64,000 nt of DNA from a virus (IMGVR_UViG_3300027754_000085:989-64988); one strand, 5' to 3'; positions 27,751-38,328 are shown, counted from the first letter of the stretch. The notes: a model not told the origin generated them from the letters alone. Translations and numbers: made by a program.

Positions 27751-29706
27751 GTGGCTAAATATGGAGTAAATTATTATGGTGCATCTAAGTACGGTGCTAC
27801 CCCACAACTTAGGTTATCTGTTGCGCCTATGTCTGTACTTGTCTCTTCAATCATATCTACTGGGTTTAGAAAAGTAACAGTATCTTGGCAATCTCCTACT
27901 GGTGACTTTACAAGGTTTAGACTAGTAAGGAACCAGGCTGGGTTTCCAGAGACCGCTGAAGATGGTGTAATTATTTTTGATGAGTTTGCTGAATCTGGTT
28001 CTGTGTCTCGTTCATTTTTTGTAGATGGAGAAGACAACCCAACAGATGTTCCTATTGTTCCTGGTCGTCAGGTTTACTACAGAGTATTTTTGTTTACAAC
28101 TTCAAAGTTTTGGGTTACTGCTGGATCTATCTCAGCCATTGTTCCATCAGATCATGGTGCACAAGATAGTTTGATGGGAATGATTCCACGTGTGTTTACC
28201 AGTAAAGAACAGGGGCCGTTGGGTGCTGTTGATGAAACTTCTGCTATTTATGACTTTATGTATGGGTTTTCTTTTACAGTAGAAGAATTTTTTACACTTA
28301 TAGATTTGCTACGTCCTAGACACACTGGTTATGAGACACCTGTTTCCTTGATCTATGCGGAAAGAACAAACGTCGGTTTATCTGCTGAGCCTGGGTTACC
28401 AACTAAAAATCAAAAAAGATTAATTCGTGAAGCGCTATACATGTATGGACATAAAGGAACTAAGAATGGATTAGAGACTTACGCAGAATCAGTGACTGGA
28501 TTTGCTCCAACAATAACTGTTTCTGAAAATCTTTTATTATCGGTTCAAGACTCAACATTTTATGACTCAATAGGTAACTGGGTATTTGAAAATGCAACGG
28601 CGGAAAAAAGTGAGGAGCAGGTACCTGCTACAGGAGACAATGTAATTGACAACGCCTATACCTGCAAGGTAACTGCTACAGATGCTTTCTCTATGGTCTT
28701 GGGTGCTGATAACCCAATAACAAAAGGTGTTCCAGTTATTGCGGACACCGAGTACGTTGCTTCTTGCAAAGTAAAGTCACCACCGAGTGACGGAAATGTG
28801 TTCATATCCATAGACTGGTATGACGGTACTGGTACATTTATTAGCGTAGATAATGGGTCTAACGTTTCTGCTAATAACACTTGGAAAACTGCAAGCGTTA
28901 CCGCGACTGCGCCATCTGATGCAGTGTATGCGGTTCTTCAAATTTCCTCTAGCGCTGATGGACAATACTACATAGACCAAGTCTGTATGCAACTTGGGGA
29001 CACTGTTGTCTATGACGAGGCTCGTGCTGTAGACATTTTTTTAAATTCAAAAAATATTAACTACATTACAAATCCATCTTTTGAAGAAAATGTAACTGAT
29101 GGTTGGACGCTCTCTGGCGCAGCAACTGCGGTTCAAGATTTAGACGTGTCTACTGCAGCATACTCTGGAACTAACAGTGCAAAGATAACTGGCTCTGGAT
29201 CATGGTCTATTACAACTGACGATATACCAGTAACTTCTGGTAACTACTACACGTTCTCTACTTACGTTAAGTGCGCCGAGACGTTCTCAATAACTTTTGA
29301 AGGAAAAGATTTTGAAGGTACAAGCACGGGGCACTTAGAGACTGTAAACTTTGAAGCAAGTCCAGATTGGACTCGAATTTCAGTTACTGATTTAATTGAC
29401 GCAATAGGTGAGACAGAAGTTAAGTTCTATAGCATAAGTATTAACGGGGATTCTGGAGATTACTACATAGACTGCTTACAGTTTGAAAAGTCTACAAGGG
29501 CTTCGGATTACTTTGATGGGAGCCTGCCTTCTAACTTTGGGGCCGTTTGGGAAGGAAGCGCTGACGACTCTTACAGCCACCTGTATCCAAACAAGCCAAG
29601 TAAGAGCCCAAGACTGGCTAAGACACTTAAGGACTGGGTTCCACAAAATACCTTCTGGCGCCTGAGCACATACGCTGGGTTGGAGTACACAAACCTAACG
29701 GTGTAG
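27751..29706 (+). CDS. Baseplate wedge (gpI-like) with carbohydrate-binding modules
   Basis: HKGTKNGL; NPSFE...W CBM4/9-like repeats; DYFDG. Confidence 0.65.
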   Translation: MAKYGVNYYGASKYGATPQLRLSVAPMSVLVSSIISTGFRKVTVSWQSPTGDFTRFRLVRNQAGFPETAEDGVIIFDEFAESGSVSRSFFVDGEDNPTDVPIVPGRQVYYRVFLFTTSKFWVTAGSISAIVPSDHGAQDSLMGMIPRVFTSKEQGPLGAVDETSAIYDFMYGFSFTVEEFFTLIDLLRPRHTGYETPVSLIYAERTNVGLSAEPGLPTKNQKRLIREALYMYGHKGTKNGLETYAESVTGFAPTITVSENLLLSVQDSTFYDSIGNWVFENATAEKSEEQVPATGDNVIDNAYTCKVTATDAFSMVLGADNPITKGVPVIADTEYVASCKVKSPPSDGNVFISIDWYDGTGTFISVDNGSNVSANNTWKTASVTATAPSDAVYAVLQISSSADGQYYIDQVCMQLGDTVVYDEARAVDIFLNSKNINYITNPSFEENVTDGWTLSGAATAVQDLDVSTAAYSGTNSAKITGSGSWSITTDDIPVTSGNYYTFSTYVKCAETFSITFEGKDFEGTSTGHLETVNFEASPDWTRISVTDLIDAIGETEVKFYSISINGDSGDYYIDCLQFEKSTRASDYFDGSLPSNFGAVWEGSADDSYSHLYPNKPSKSPRLAKTLKDWVPQNTFWRLSTYAGLEYTNLTV

Positions 29707-29716
29707 GATCTGGGTC

Positions 29717-29989
29717 ATGACTGACCTACTACTAACCGTTTTACTCACAGGAGTTGCAGTTACTTACGTAATTGAATTCCTAGATATGTTATTTAATGGC
29801 TTTGATTTAAAACAGGCCTTTAACAAATACCTTGCAATGCCGTTAAGTTTCCTTGGATTATTTTCACAAATGGAAATTAATTACGATTTCTTTGTACTCG
29901 TTCCAGCCACAACCCTTGTATCACTTGTTATAGGTTTGTGGTTAAATAAGCCAACTGTTGTACAGACACAGCGACTCCCAAGATTGTAG
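29717..29989 (+). CDS. Membrane protein (possible holin), leaderless start
   Basis: 2-3 hydrophobic segments; TAGGAT 7 nt before ATG. Confidence 0.45.
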   Translation: MTDLLLTVLLTGVAVTYVIEFLDMLFNGFDLKQAFNKYLAMPLSFLGLFSQMEINYDFFVLVPATTLVSLVIGLWLNKPTVVQTQRLPRL

Positions 29990-29994
29990 GAACA

Positions 29995-30579
29995 ATGAAA
30001 CAACTGGCCGTAATTAGTTTTAATACAGACGTAGATGTATACGACGGCTTGTCTAGGCTACTTGTAAAGCATCCTGATGCAACGGTTTTATTACCAATTA
30101 TTGAGTATGGAGTATTTGCAAAGAGTGCTGTCAAGGCAGCGTTTGCATCTGGAAATCGAATACATTTTTTCTTATCTGAGACCGCTGCTATAGAAGAGGT
30201 AGCGGTTGTTGCTGAAGACATAACAAACTGCGTAGACCCTAACCGAGAAATTATTAGACACATTAAGACGGAAGACGTCTTAGGAATAGTTTGGGATGAG
30301 AGCACAGAGGTTCACGTTGCTCTACATGCTCTAGAGGATTACGGGTTAGAGACTTGGAACATTGCTGACGGTCTTGACGTGATTGAGATCGACTACTCAG
30401 AAGAAGGACCAGAGGATCTCCTAGAGGGTATGATGGATAGTCTGAGAGTCTTTGTGGAGAACATGACTGAGTACATAACAATGTCAGTCTTAGACGTATT
30501 GACAGAGACGATAGCCGAAAGATTGCGGGAGGATGAGGATAATAAAGACGTATCCCCATTTGAGGACGATGGTCTGTGA
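29995..30579 (+). CDS. Hypothetical acidic protein
   Basis: 194-aa ORF in operon. Confidence 0.55.
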   Translation: MKQLAVISFNTDVDVYDGLSRLLVKHPDATVLLPIIEYGVFAKSAVKAAFASGNRIHFFLSETAAIEEVAVVAEDITNCVDPNREIIRHIKTEDVLGIVWDESTEVHVALHALEDYGLETWNIADGLDVIEIDYSEEGPEDLLEGMMDSLRVFVENMTEYITMSVLDVLTETIAERLREDEDNKDVSPFEDDGL

Positions 30580-31568
30580 GGATCCCTTTAGGGGCTTATT
30601 CGGCTGACCTTACCGATTATCAGTTCCGTCTGCTCGCCACCTTGTGCCACTTAGCAGGCTCTGAGAGCCGTGTACAGACATCAGCAGCCTCACTTGGTAT
30701 AGAGACTGGCAGTGTGAATGAGAAGACCGTCCGCAGAGGCCTCCTAGCCCTTGAGAAGGCTGGGTTCATTAAAAGAACTAAGACTAGAAGAGCAAACGGT
30801 TTTCGTGGCATAGACTTACTGGACATTACAGGCCCAGAGATAGCGACTGGGACTCTAGAAGCCCAGATCGAACGGGCCTCAAATGTCCGCACCTCACATG
30901 ACTATAGGTCACGTAGCAGTATTACTAATAAGTCATTAGTACCTAATAGTAAAGATAGTAATCAATTAAAAGATATTAGAAACACCGAAGGTGTTTCAAT
31001 GAAAGAGATACGGGTACCTATGAGAAAATGGGAAGATGATGGAGATGATCTGGCAGGATTTGGGTTGGTCGAACCTAAAGATGAGCCGAGCCCTAAGATC
31101 AGAAAATCCGATCCACGGACTAGGGGAAAGCGACCAGAACATGAGTGGAGTGCGATGGACGTCGCTGCTGAATTCTCATATCGAGTTGGTAAACGCTACC
31201 CGCTCCTACCAGGCACCGTTAACGTCAGACAGTTATCAGGAGCCCTCAGCAAGTTCCGCAAGCAGTACAACACCACAGCCTTAATTGAGTTAGAGTTACT
31301 CCGTCTGTTCTTGACAGATGAAAATAATTTCCGCAATATTGGCGATGAGGCTCCGTTCCTTTACAAAATGTACCTAGCCTCCTTCGGCAAGAAGATGAAC
31401 CAAGCACGAGAAAATCTTGGACTTGGAAAAGTTAACGCCCCAACAGAAACTGTGGTTAAGATGGGCACACTCGTAGCAAGCGATGGACGTGTGTTCCAGA
31501 ATTCTTTATCTGGCAGAGCACAACTAGAACGATACGAACGACAACTTAAGGAGAAAGCAAATGGCTAA
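30576..31568 (+). CDS. Winged-HTH replication initiator-like protein
   Basis: N-terminal HTH (EKTVRRGLLALEKAGFI), low-complexity linker, upstream of a DnaC-like loader. Confidence 0.6.
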   Translation: MRIPLGAYSADLTDYQFRLLATLCHLAGSESRVQTSAASLGIETGSVNEKTVRRGLLALEKAGFIKRTKTRRANGFRGIDLLDITGPEIATGTLEAQIERASNVRTSHDYRSRSSITNKSLVPNSKDSNQLKDIRNTEGVSMKEIRVPMRKWEDDGDDLAGFGLVEPKDEPSPKIRKSDPRTRGKRPEHEWSAMDVAAEFSYRVGKRYPLLPGTVNVRQLSGALSKFRKQYNTTALIELELLRLFLTDENNFRNIGDEAPFLYKMYLASFGKKMNQARENLGLGKVNAPTETVVKMGTLVASDGRVFQNSLSGRAQLERYERQLKEKANG

Positions 31569-31839
31569 AAAAGAATCACGTAAATTTGTAGTAACTCTAA
31601 ATAAGAACCCTGAAAAGGGTGGAGCATGGCTAGCATTTGTAGCAGTAGTTACTGATGAAGATGTAGCGATTGCTCAACTGACAACAGCATGGGCTAATGC
31701 ATCAGCAGCAAAGCGTTGGGTAAAGGCACAGGTGCAGGCAATGACACCTCGTAAGTCTGTAAAGATGATTGCAGGATCTGCAGTTGACTTGAAAGGCAAG
31801 CCAGTTTCATTCACTGGTGAGTTGGCGTTTAAGATATGA
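31561..31839 (+). CDS. Hypothetical protein
   Basis: AAGGAG SD; coupled. Confidence 0.55.
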   Translation: MAKKESRKFVVTLNKNPEKGGAWLAFVAVVTDEDVAIAQLTTAWANASAAKRWVKAQVQAMTPRKSVKMIAGSAVDLKGKPVSFTGELAFKI

Positions 31840-31991
31840 GGACTCGTTTAGTTTATGGAAGTCAAAACAAGTTCTTGCAATTTTACGGGGATGTAATGCT
31901 GACCGTAGGTTCCTTCTTCCAAAACATCGGTTTACGTTATGGCGGGATGTACGAGATTGAAGACTGGGAATCAGGGGACGACGATCTATAA
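31836..31991 (+). CDS. Hypothetical 51-aa protein, absent from ORF track
   Basis: ATGA overlap; MRTRLVYGSQNKFLQFYG...GDDDL. Confidence 0.5.
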   Translation: MRTRLVYGSQNKFLQFYGDVMLTVGSFFQNIGLRYGGMYEIEDWESGDDDL

Positions 31992-32706
31992 CATCCATGA
32001 GTTGTCTTCTCTTAAGAAACACTGGCTATTAAAGAACTCCAATATCCCACGTCGTTTCATTGGCTTAGATACAAAAGACATAATTGACCGTGCAGGTTCA
32101 ATACCGCAAGAAGTTACAACGTGGATTGATGATTGCGTTAATGGTCATGTAATTAAGCAGGTAGGTAACATTGGTATAAATGGTGTTGGTCTGTTGTTTG
32201 ATGGTGGTCCTGGAATTGGTAAGACTACCCATGCCGTAGTTGCGGCTATGGAGTTCTTAAGACGTCTACCAGACAACGATGTAGAGGCTGCAAAAGTCCT
32301 TGGTATGAACTCCGCTGACTATGGGTTAAATGCTCGTCCTATTTACTACATGACTTACCCAGAATTTTTATCTCGTAAGAAGGCGACGTTTGATGCAGAC
32401 CTTGAAGACAAACGGGAGATGAATTATATCGTTGATGGGTTTCATGGAAGGTCTAAATTTGACTGGTTAAACGTCAGAGTTCTAGTCATTGATGACCTAG
32501 GAAAAGAGTATGGTTCAAAGTACGATGACACCTCATTCGATGAGATACTAAGACTTAGATACGACAAGGCACTGCCCACCATTGTTACAACTAATGTCAG
32601 GTTGGAAGACTGGGAAGCACAGTACAAAGAAGCAATGGCAAGTTTTGCTAACGAAGCATTTGTACGAGTACCTATAGTCGGCGCAGATCAACGGTCAGCA
32701 CTATGA
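31939..32706 (+). CDS. DnaC/IstB-like helicase loader ATPase (true start uncertain, possibly ATC at 31984)
   Basis: GGPGIGKT, LVIDDLGKE and PTIVTTN motifs. Confidence 0.85.
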   Translation: MAGCTRLKTGNQGTTIYNIHELSSLKKHWLLKNSNIPRRFIGLDTKDIIDRAGSIPQEVTTWIDDCVNGHVIKQVGNIGINGVGLLFDGGPGIGKTTHAVVAAMEFLRRLPDNDVEAAKVLGMNSADYGLNARPIYYMTYPEFLSRKKATFDADLEDKREMNYIVDGFHGRSKFDWLNVRVLVIDDLGKEYGSKYDDTSFDEILRLRYDKALPTIVTTNVRLEDWEAQYKEAMASFANEAFVRVPIVGADQRSAL

Positions 32707-33011
32707 AAGGGATGAGAATGGAAAGTCCGTGGAGGACCATTCAGTTATTCATCTCTGCTCAGGCTGCTGGAATATTTGAAGTAGAAGTAGACACTGACAC
32801 TAAGAAGACCCGTTGCTCTTGTCCTATATGGAAAAAGAGTGCTGACTGTAAACACACACGCTTTGTTGATGCAAAGATGTCATTGAACAGGGGGCACTAC
32901 TCAATCCTTGTGCCTAATGAAATTCCAGAGGATTTGGCATTACAGGCAAGTGATGACCCAAAGAAGTTTCGTGACTTTGTAGTTAGGTATGCTAAAGTCG
33001 AGGTATTATGA
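32703..33011 (+). CDS. SWIM zinc-finger protein
   Basis: CSC...CKH. Confidence 0.7.
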   Translation: MKGMRMESPWRTIQLFISAQAAGIFEVEVDTDTKKTRCSCPIWKKSADCKHTRFVDAKMSLNRGHYSILVPNEIPEDLALQASDDPKKFRDFVVRYAKVEVL

Positions 33012-33424
33012 AAAACGGAGACATATCAAACGTCTCCTCTCCGCAAGTAGTCTGTGTAACAGATGTTGTTATTGGATTAGTTGAAGAGGAAACAAAACGT
33101 TTGTTGTCTAAAAAAACAAAAACTAAATTGGGAGAGATCAACTTACAGAACGCAAATAAACTTTGGATATTATCTAACAACTACGGCATCTCTCTTGAGT
33201 TGGCTGGGTATGGTGACTTAGGTTGGACGGAAGAACTTTTAGAAGAGGCATTTGATACATTAGAACAAGAAGTAGTAAACCCCTTTAACTACTGGCACCT
33301 TTATGCAGATGTTGGAGAGTTAGTTAGGAAACTTCCATACCGTGCTAATCTTCGGGGCATTGTTGATGTACCAGGAAGAGTTGCAATGTATGGATCAGCA
33401 GGAGTAGAAATAGATAATCTGTAA
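33008..33424 (+). CDS. Hypothetical protein
   Basis: Coupled ORF before the helicase. Confidence 0.55.
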   Translation: MKNGDISNVSSPQVVCVTDVVIGLVEEETKRLLSKKTKTKLGEINLQNANKLWILSNNYGISLELAGYGDLGWTEELLEEAFDTLEQEVVNPFNYWHLYADVGELVRKLPYRANLRGIVDVPGRVAMYGSAGVEIDNL

Positions 33425-33435
33425 GAGGGAGCATA

Positions 33436-34686
33436 ATGGCGGCGGATAACGAACATCGTTTAGTCAGTAAAGTAATTCGTGATAGAGATATCACACCCGC
33501 ATTACAGCGTGGGGTTTCTGATGCATGGTTCCTAGATGACGACAACAAAAAAGTATGGGCGTTCGTTCGCAAACATTACGGAGAATACAGTGAAGTACCA
33601 ACAGCAGTAACTGTTAAAGATCATTATCCAAACTATAAAGTCTTAGATGTTCAAGATAGCGTTGATTATCTTCTAGACACAATGGTTGACTTTAGAAGAA
33701 TGCTTCTTACTCGACAAGGTCTTGAAGTAGCAATCGAACAACTGCAAGATAACAATCACGATGCTGCGCTGCTTGCTATGGAAGCAACAATCACCAAAGT
33801 TAATGAGCAGGGCATCCTTGGCACACATGAGGTGGATCTATCTAAGAACACAGAGCAACGCTATAAAGATTACCAAGCACTACAGAACCAAGAGTTCTTA
33901 GGTATACCAACTGGGTTTGCAAAGATTGATGAAGCAACTGCTGGATTACAAGGCGGACAACTAATCACAATCATTGCACCTCCTAAGACAGGTAAGTCTC
34001 AGATAGCATTAAAGATTGCAATCAATGTTCATCAACAGGGTTATATACCTATGTTTCAATCTTTTGAAATGAACAACCACGAACAGCAACAGCGCCACGA
34101 TTCAATGCGTGCGAATGTTTCACACAGTCGTTTACGCAGAGGTAAGTTACTTCCAGCAGAAAACGATAGGTATATAGATGTGTTAAACACTATGGAAAAG
34201 GAACACTCTTTTCACCTAGTGGATGCGGTAAATGGAATCACTGTGTCTGCATTGTCAGCAAAGATTGAGCAGAACAAACCAGACATTGTATTTGTAGACG
34301 GTGTTTATCTTATGCTTGATGAAGTTACTGGTGAGATGAACACACCGCAAGCCATAACAAACATTACTCGTGCTTTAAAAAGAATGGCTCAAAAGATAGA
34401 CAAGCCAGTAATCATTACCACACAGACACTGTTGTGGAAGATGAGGGCTGGAAAAGTAACTGCAGACTCTATTGGATATTCATCCTCGTTCTTTCAAGAT
34501 TCAGATGTAATCCTTGGTTTACAACCAGTCGAAGAAGATGAGCAAATTAGATTACTTAAAATTGTTGCAAGCCGTAACAGCGGACCAAGCGAGGTTGCTC
34601 TTACATGGAAGTGGGAGACTGGTTGTTTCCATGATGAGGATGACGCATTGAAATGCTCATATTGCACTGACTGGAACAGGCAATGA
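33436..34686 (+). CDS. dnaB: Replicative DnaB-like helicase
   Basis: GIPTGF, APPKTGKS, SFEM, VFVDG and QDSDV motifs. Confidence 0.9.
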   Translation: MAADNEHRLVSKVIRDRDITPALQRGVSDAWFLDDDNKKVWAFVRKHYGEYSEVPTAVTVKDHYPNYKVLDVQDSVDYLLDTMVDFRRMLLTRQGLEVAIEQLQDNNHDAALLAMEATITKVNEQGILGTHEVDLSKNTEQRYKDYQALQNQEFLGIPTGFAKIDEATAGLQGGQLITIIAPPKTGKSQIALKIAINVHQQGYIPMFQSFEMNNHEQQQRHDSMRANVSHSRLRRGKLLPAENDRYIDVLNTMEKEHSFHLVDAVNGITVSALSAKIEQNKPDIVFVDGVYLMLDEVTGEMNTPQAITNITRALKRMAQKIDKPVIITTQTLLWKMRAGKVTADSIGYSSSFFQDSDVILGLQPVEEDEQIRLLKIVASRNSGPSEVALTWKWETGCFHDEDDALKCSYCTDWNRQ

Positions 34687-35615
34687 TAGATGTCGAAAAG
34701 GTTTTGCTATCTTTAGACCTCACACTCTATTCTCAACGTGGTGAAGAGGTGCAGGGCTTATGCCCTATGCATAAAGAGAGAACTGGAAAAGAAGATCACA
34801 ACCCATCGTGGTGGATTAATACAGACACTGGTGCACACATATGCTTCTCGTGTGGGTATAAGGGTAACGTATACACACTTGTAAAAGATTTAACTGGCCT
34901 TAATTTAAATGGCGCTAAGTCTTTTATAAAGGACAAGGGCAATGCCCCTATTGATAGTCTTATGAAAAGGATTAAAGAACTACCCCAGTATGTTCAAGCA
35001 GAAGAACCCGTATCAATGAGTGAAGCAAGACTGGCTGTGTACACAGACGCTCCAGATATTGAGTTAAAGAAAAGATTCTTAACTAGAGAAGCAGTTAATC
35101 ATTGTGGTGTTCGTTGGGACTCTAAGAACGAGTCTTGGATCTTACCTATTCGTGATCCAGAAACTTTTTCATTACTGGGATGGCAAGAAAAGGGTGCCAG
35201 AGGTAGATTCTTTAAGAACCAACCAACTGGAGTGAAAAAATCTAAGACGGTATTTAATGTAGAGAATTTAAACCCAGACTTACTCGTAGTTGTTGAATCA
35301 CCGTTAGACGTCGTTCGTCTTGCATCCTTAAATCGTTCAGGAGCCATCTCTACATATGGAGCAATAATTAGCGAAGACCAAGTAAAAATTATGCGTAGAT
35401 CTAAAAGAGTAATTGCAGCATTTGATAATGACAATGCTGGTAAAAAGGCAAACGAACAAATAAAAGATTATTCAAGAAAATATGGAATTGATTTATTGTT
35501 CTTTAACTATGAGGGTGTAGATGTAAAGGATGTTGGAGACATGACACCAACCCAAGTTACAGAGGGACTTGCTAATGCTAGACACGTCTTGTCTTTAAAG
35601 GAGAGTTACTTGTAA
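34683..35615 (+). CDS. dnaG: DNA primase (CHC2 zinc finger plus TOPRIM)
   Basis: CPMH...CFSC, VVES.LD, FDNDNAG and KDVGD motifs. Confidence 0.9.
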   Translation: MIDVEKVLLSLDLTLYSQRGEEVQGLCPMHKERTGKEDHNPSWWINTDTGAHICFSCGYKGNVYTLVKDLTGLNLNGAKSFIKDKGNAPIDSLMKRIKELPQYVQAEEPVSMSEARLAVYTDAPDIELKKRFLTREAVNHCGVRWDSKNESWILPIRDPETFSLLGWQEKGARGRFFKNQPTGVKKSKTVFNVENLNPDLLVVVESPLDVVRLASLNRSGAISTYGAIISEDQVKIMRRSKRVIAAFDNDNAGKKANEQIKDYSRKYGIDLLFFNYEGVDVKDVGDMTPTQVTEGLANARHVLSLKESYL

Positions 35616-35785
35616 TGGATCTTAGAGACAAAGAAAGACCCCTGCATGTGTGCGTCTGCGGCTCTACTTTATGGAACGTAAAGGCAATGTTTGAAGATGG
35701 AGAGATCTCCTTATACATGCTGGACATGGAGTGTGCACTGTGTGGTTCCCTAGCAACCGCCCCAACTCCGATAGACAATGTTTAA
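35615..35785 (+). CDS. Small Zn-binding protein, absent from ORF track
   Basis: HVCVCGS...MECALCGSLATAPTP; coupled to primase and helicase. Confidence 0.6.
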   Translation: MDLRDKERPLHVCVCGSTLWNVKAMFEDGEISLYMLDMECALCGSLATAPTPIDNV

Positions 35786-37337
35786 AGGAATTTTGAAACC
35801 GTATCAACCCGAGGCAGTAGCCAAGATGGTTGATAGAAAACAAATGCTTGTTGCATATGAGATGGGTCTTGGAAAAACTTGTATGACAATTGCTGCTATT
35901 GAAAAATTGCGGGAACAGGGAGAGGTAAATAGTCCAGTCTTAGTTATTGCATTGTCTAGTTTGAAATATCAATGGGAAAAAGAAATACAAAAGTTTTCTA
36001 ATTCAAGCACCACTGTTATAGACGGAAGTAAGTCTACAAGAATACTTCAGTATGACCGTGGGGCAAAGAGTGAATACATCATATGTAACTATGAGTCTGT
36101 AGTTAACGACTGGGACATGGTAAATGCCTTTGAATGGTCAGCAATAATATGTGATGAAGCAACTGCTATAAAAGGGTTTAGATCAAAAAGATCAAAAGCC
36201 GTAAAGAAACTTGCTTCTGCTGTTCCAATTAGGTTTGCTTTAACAGGTACTCCTATTGAAAACGGAAGGCCAGAAGAGTTGTACAGCATCATGCAGTTTG
36301 TTGATCCAAAGTTACTTGGACGATTTGATTTGTTTGACCAGACGTTTATAGTCCGTAACCATTTTGGTGGCGTACAGCGTTACAGAAACCTTCCAATATT
36401 TCATGAAAAAATGAAACAGGCAGCAGTTAGAAAAGTTCAAACAGACGCTGATGTTGCTCCGTATCTTCCAGACACAATTTACCGTGACCCACTTCTTGTA
36501 TCTTTAGACTCTAAAACATCTTTGTTGTATAACACAGTTGCAGATGAGTTATCTCAAGAGTTGTACGAAGCACAACAGTTACTAGGATCAAACTTCTCTT
36601 TAATGGCTCACTATGGCCATGATCAAAAAAGCGGTGGTCCAGTTGATGCTCTTCGTGGGTCAATTATGAGCAAGATAACTGCTTTAAGAATGCTGTGTGA
36701 CCACCCACAACTACTCCAAGAGAGTGCTGACAAATTTGATAAAGGAGATGGAGAGGGCAGTGCTTATTGTAGTAACTTAAACTTTAGAGGACTATTAGAG
36801 GGCGTAACTAAATCGCACAAACTAGATGAGTTAAAGACTTATGTAAAAGATCATCTAGATACTGACCCAGAAGCAAAGGTAGTTATATTTACATCTTATG
36901 TCGGCATGTTAAAGAAAATTCAGGAAGTTGTTGGCGGAACTCTTTACACTGGTTATATGAACTCAAAAGAGAAAGAAGCAAGTAAAGAGAAGTTCCTTAC
37001 AGACCCAGAGTGTCGAGTATTCATATCTTCAGATGCAGGTGGTTACGGAGTGGACTTACCTATAGCAAACTTGTTAATCAACTACGACTTGCCATGGAGC
37101 GCTGGTCTGGCGGTTCAAAGGAATGGCAGAATTAAGAGAGCGTCAAGCCGTTGGCCTAGTATCACTATCCAAGACATGATAATTGAGAATTCGCTTGAAG
37201 AACGTCAGCATGATATGCTCCAACAGAAGAACGCCGTAGCAGATGCAGTACTAGACGGTATGGGGATTAACGCCAAGGGAGGCGTTGATCTAACAGTGGG
37301 ATCTCTGATAGGGTTCCTACAAAAGGAAAGACCATAG
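35778..37337 (+). CDS. SNF2-family helicase
   Basis: MGLGKT, DEAT, LTGTP and QRNGRIKR motifs. Confidence 0.9.
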   Translation: MFKGILKPYQPEAVAKMVDRKQMLVAYEMGLGKTCMTIAAIEKLREQGEVNSPVLVIALSSLKYQWEKEIQKFSNSSTTVIDGSKSTRILQYDRGAKSEYIICNYESVVNDWDMVNAFEWSAIICDEATAIKGFRSKRSKAVKKLASAVPIRFALTGTPIENGRPEELYSIMQFVDPKLLGRFDLFDQTFIVRNHFGGVQRYRNLPIFHEKMKQAAVRKVQTDADVAPYLPDTIYRDPLLVSLDSKTSLLYNTVADELSQELYEAQQLLGSNFSLMAHYGHDQKSGGPVDALRGSIMSKITALRMLCDHPQLLQESADKFDKGDGEGSAYCSNLNFRGLLEGVTKSHKLDELKTYVKDHLDTDPEAKVVIFTSYVGMLKKIQEVVGGTLYTGYMNSKEKEASKEKFLTDPECRVFISSDAGGYGVDLPIANLLINYDLPWSAGLAVQRNGRIKRASSRWPSITIQDMIIENSLEERQHDMLQQKNAVADAVLDGMGINAKGGVDLTVGSLIGFLQKERP

Positions 37338-37346
37338 GGGGTAAAA

Positions 37347-37787
37347 ATGGCAAGAATAAAAAATATAGAACCAAGAATGTCTGATGAAAATGACTTTGGA
37401 TATCAAGCAAAACAATACGTATTTGTAAAAAAACAAGTTGAGTTCTTTGAAACAGAACTAAAAAAGTTAAAGGAAAAAATCTTTGAACACATAGATTCCA
37501 ATGGTGAACTTGACGGAAACGGCAATCTTTTTGTTGAGTTGCCTACGGAGGTTGAGGGTGTCAAGATGTTCCAAAAGCAACGTAGAGTTTCTCGTAAAAT
37601 TGAGGAAGGTGTTGCAGAACAAATAATTTCCGACAAGGGAATGGAAGATGAGTTATACAAGACCATTCGTGTTGTTGATGAAGACGCTTTAATGGCTGCT
37701 CTCTACGAGGGTAAATTAACCGAAGAAGAAATTGAACAAATGTACCCAGAGAAAATTGTCTGGGCGTTAGTGATGAATAAGAGATAA
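37347..37787 (+). CDS. Hypothetical coiled-coil protein
   Basis: AGGGGG SD; acidic helical ORF. Confidence 0.55.
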   Translation: MARIKNIEPRMSDENDFGYQAKQYVFVKKQVEFFETELKKLKEKIFEHIDSNGELDGNGNLFVELPTEVEGVKMFQKQRRVSRKIEEGVAEQIISDKGMEDELYKTIRVVDEDALMAALYEGKLTEEEIEQMYPEKIVWALVMNKR

Positions 37788-37790
37788 CAG

Positions 37791-38267
37791 ATGGCTGGAC
37801 TACGTGGAGAAGATGAGATCGAGAGAGCATTTGCTGATCTCGAATACATCCCTGGCTCCAAACGTAAACGCCGTGATCCAGACGAAAAGGTTTCTCGCCG
37901 TAAAAGCGGTGAGAGTAATGGTTGGGATAAAACACCAATCGTTAAAACACTAGGAGGAACAGAGACAGAGGTCTTTACTATCAGTGCACTAGCAATAGCA
38001 CTAGAAAAGACAATTGTTACTGTCCGACTGTGGGAGCGCAAAGGTTACATACCACGTGCACCATATCGACTTCGGTCTAAGACCCTTGCAGGGAAAAAGA
38101 CTGGAGGAAACCGTGTGTATACCAGAGCACTAATAGAGTCAGCAATCGACGAGTTTAATCGTCGAGGACTGTTAGGATCAGCCCGTGTAGAGTGGAATCA
38201 ACACGATGATCTTACCGACGCACTCGTTAAGCGTTGGAAAGAGATAACCCAAACCGAGAGCCAGTAG
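37791..38267 (+). CDS. MerR-like HTH DNA-binding protein
   Basis: FTISALA.ALEK..VTVRLWERKGYIP...RVYT. Confidence 0.75.
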   Translation: MAGLRGEDEIERAFADLEYIPGSKRKRRDPDEKVSRRKSGESNGWDKTPIVKTLGGTETEVFTISALAIALEKTIVTVRLWERKGYIPRAPYRLRSKTLAGKKTGGNRVYTRALIESAIDEFNRRGLLGSARVEWNQHDDLTDALVKRWKEITQTESQ

Positions 38268-38328
38268 TTTATTAATCCGTACAGTGATACGAAATAAACT
38301 GAGCGCCTCATTACCGAAAAGATAAAAA

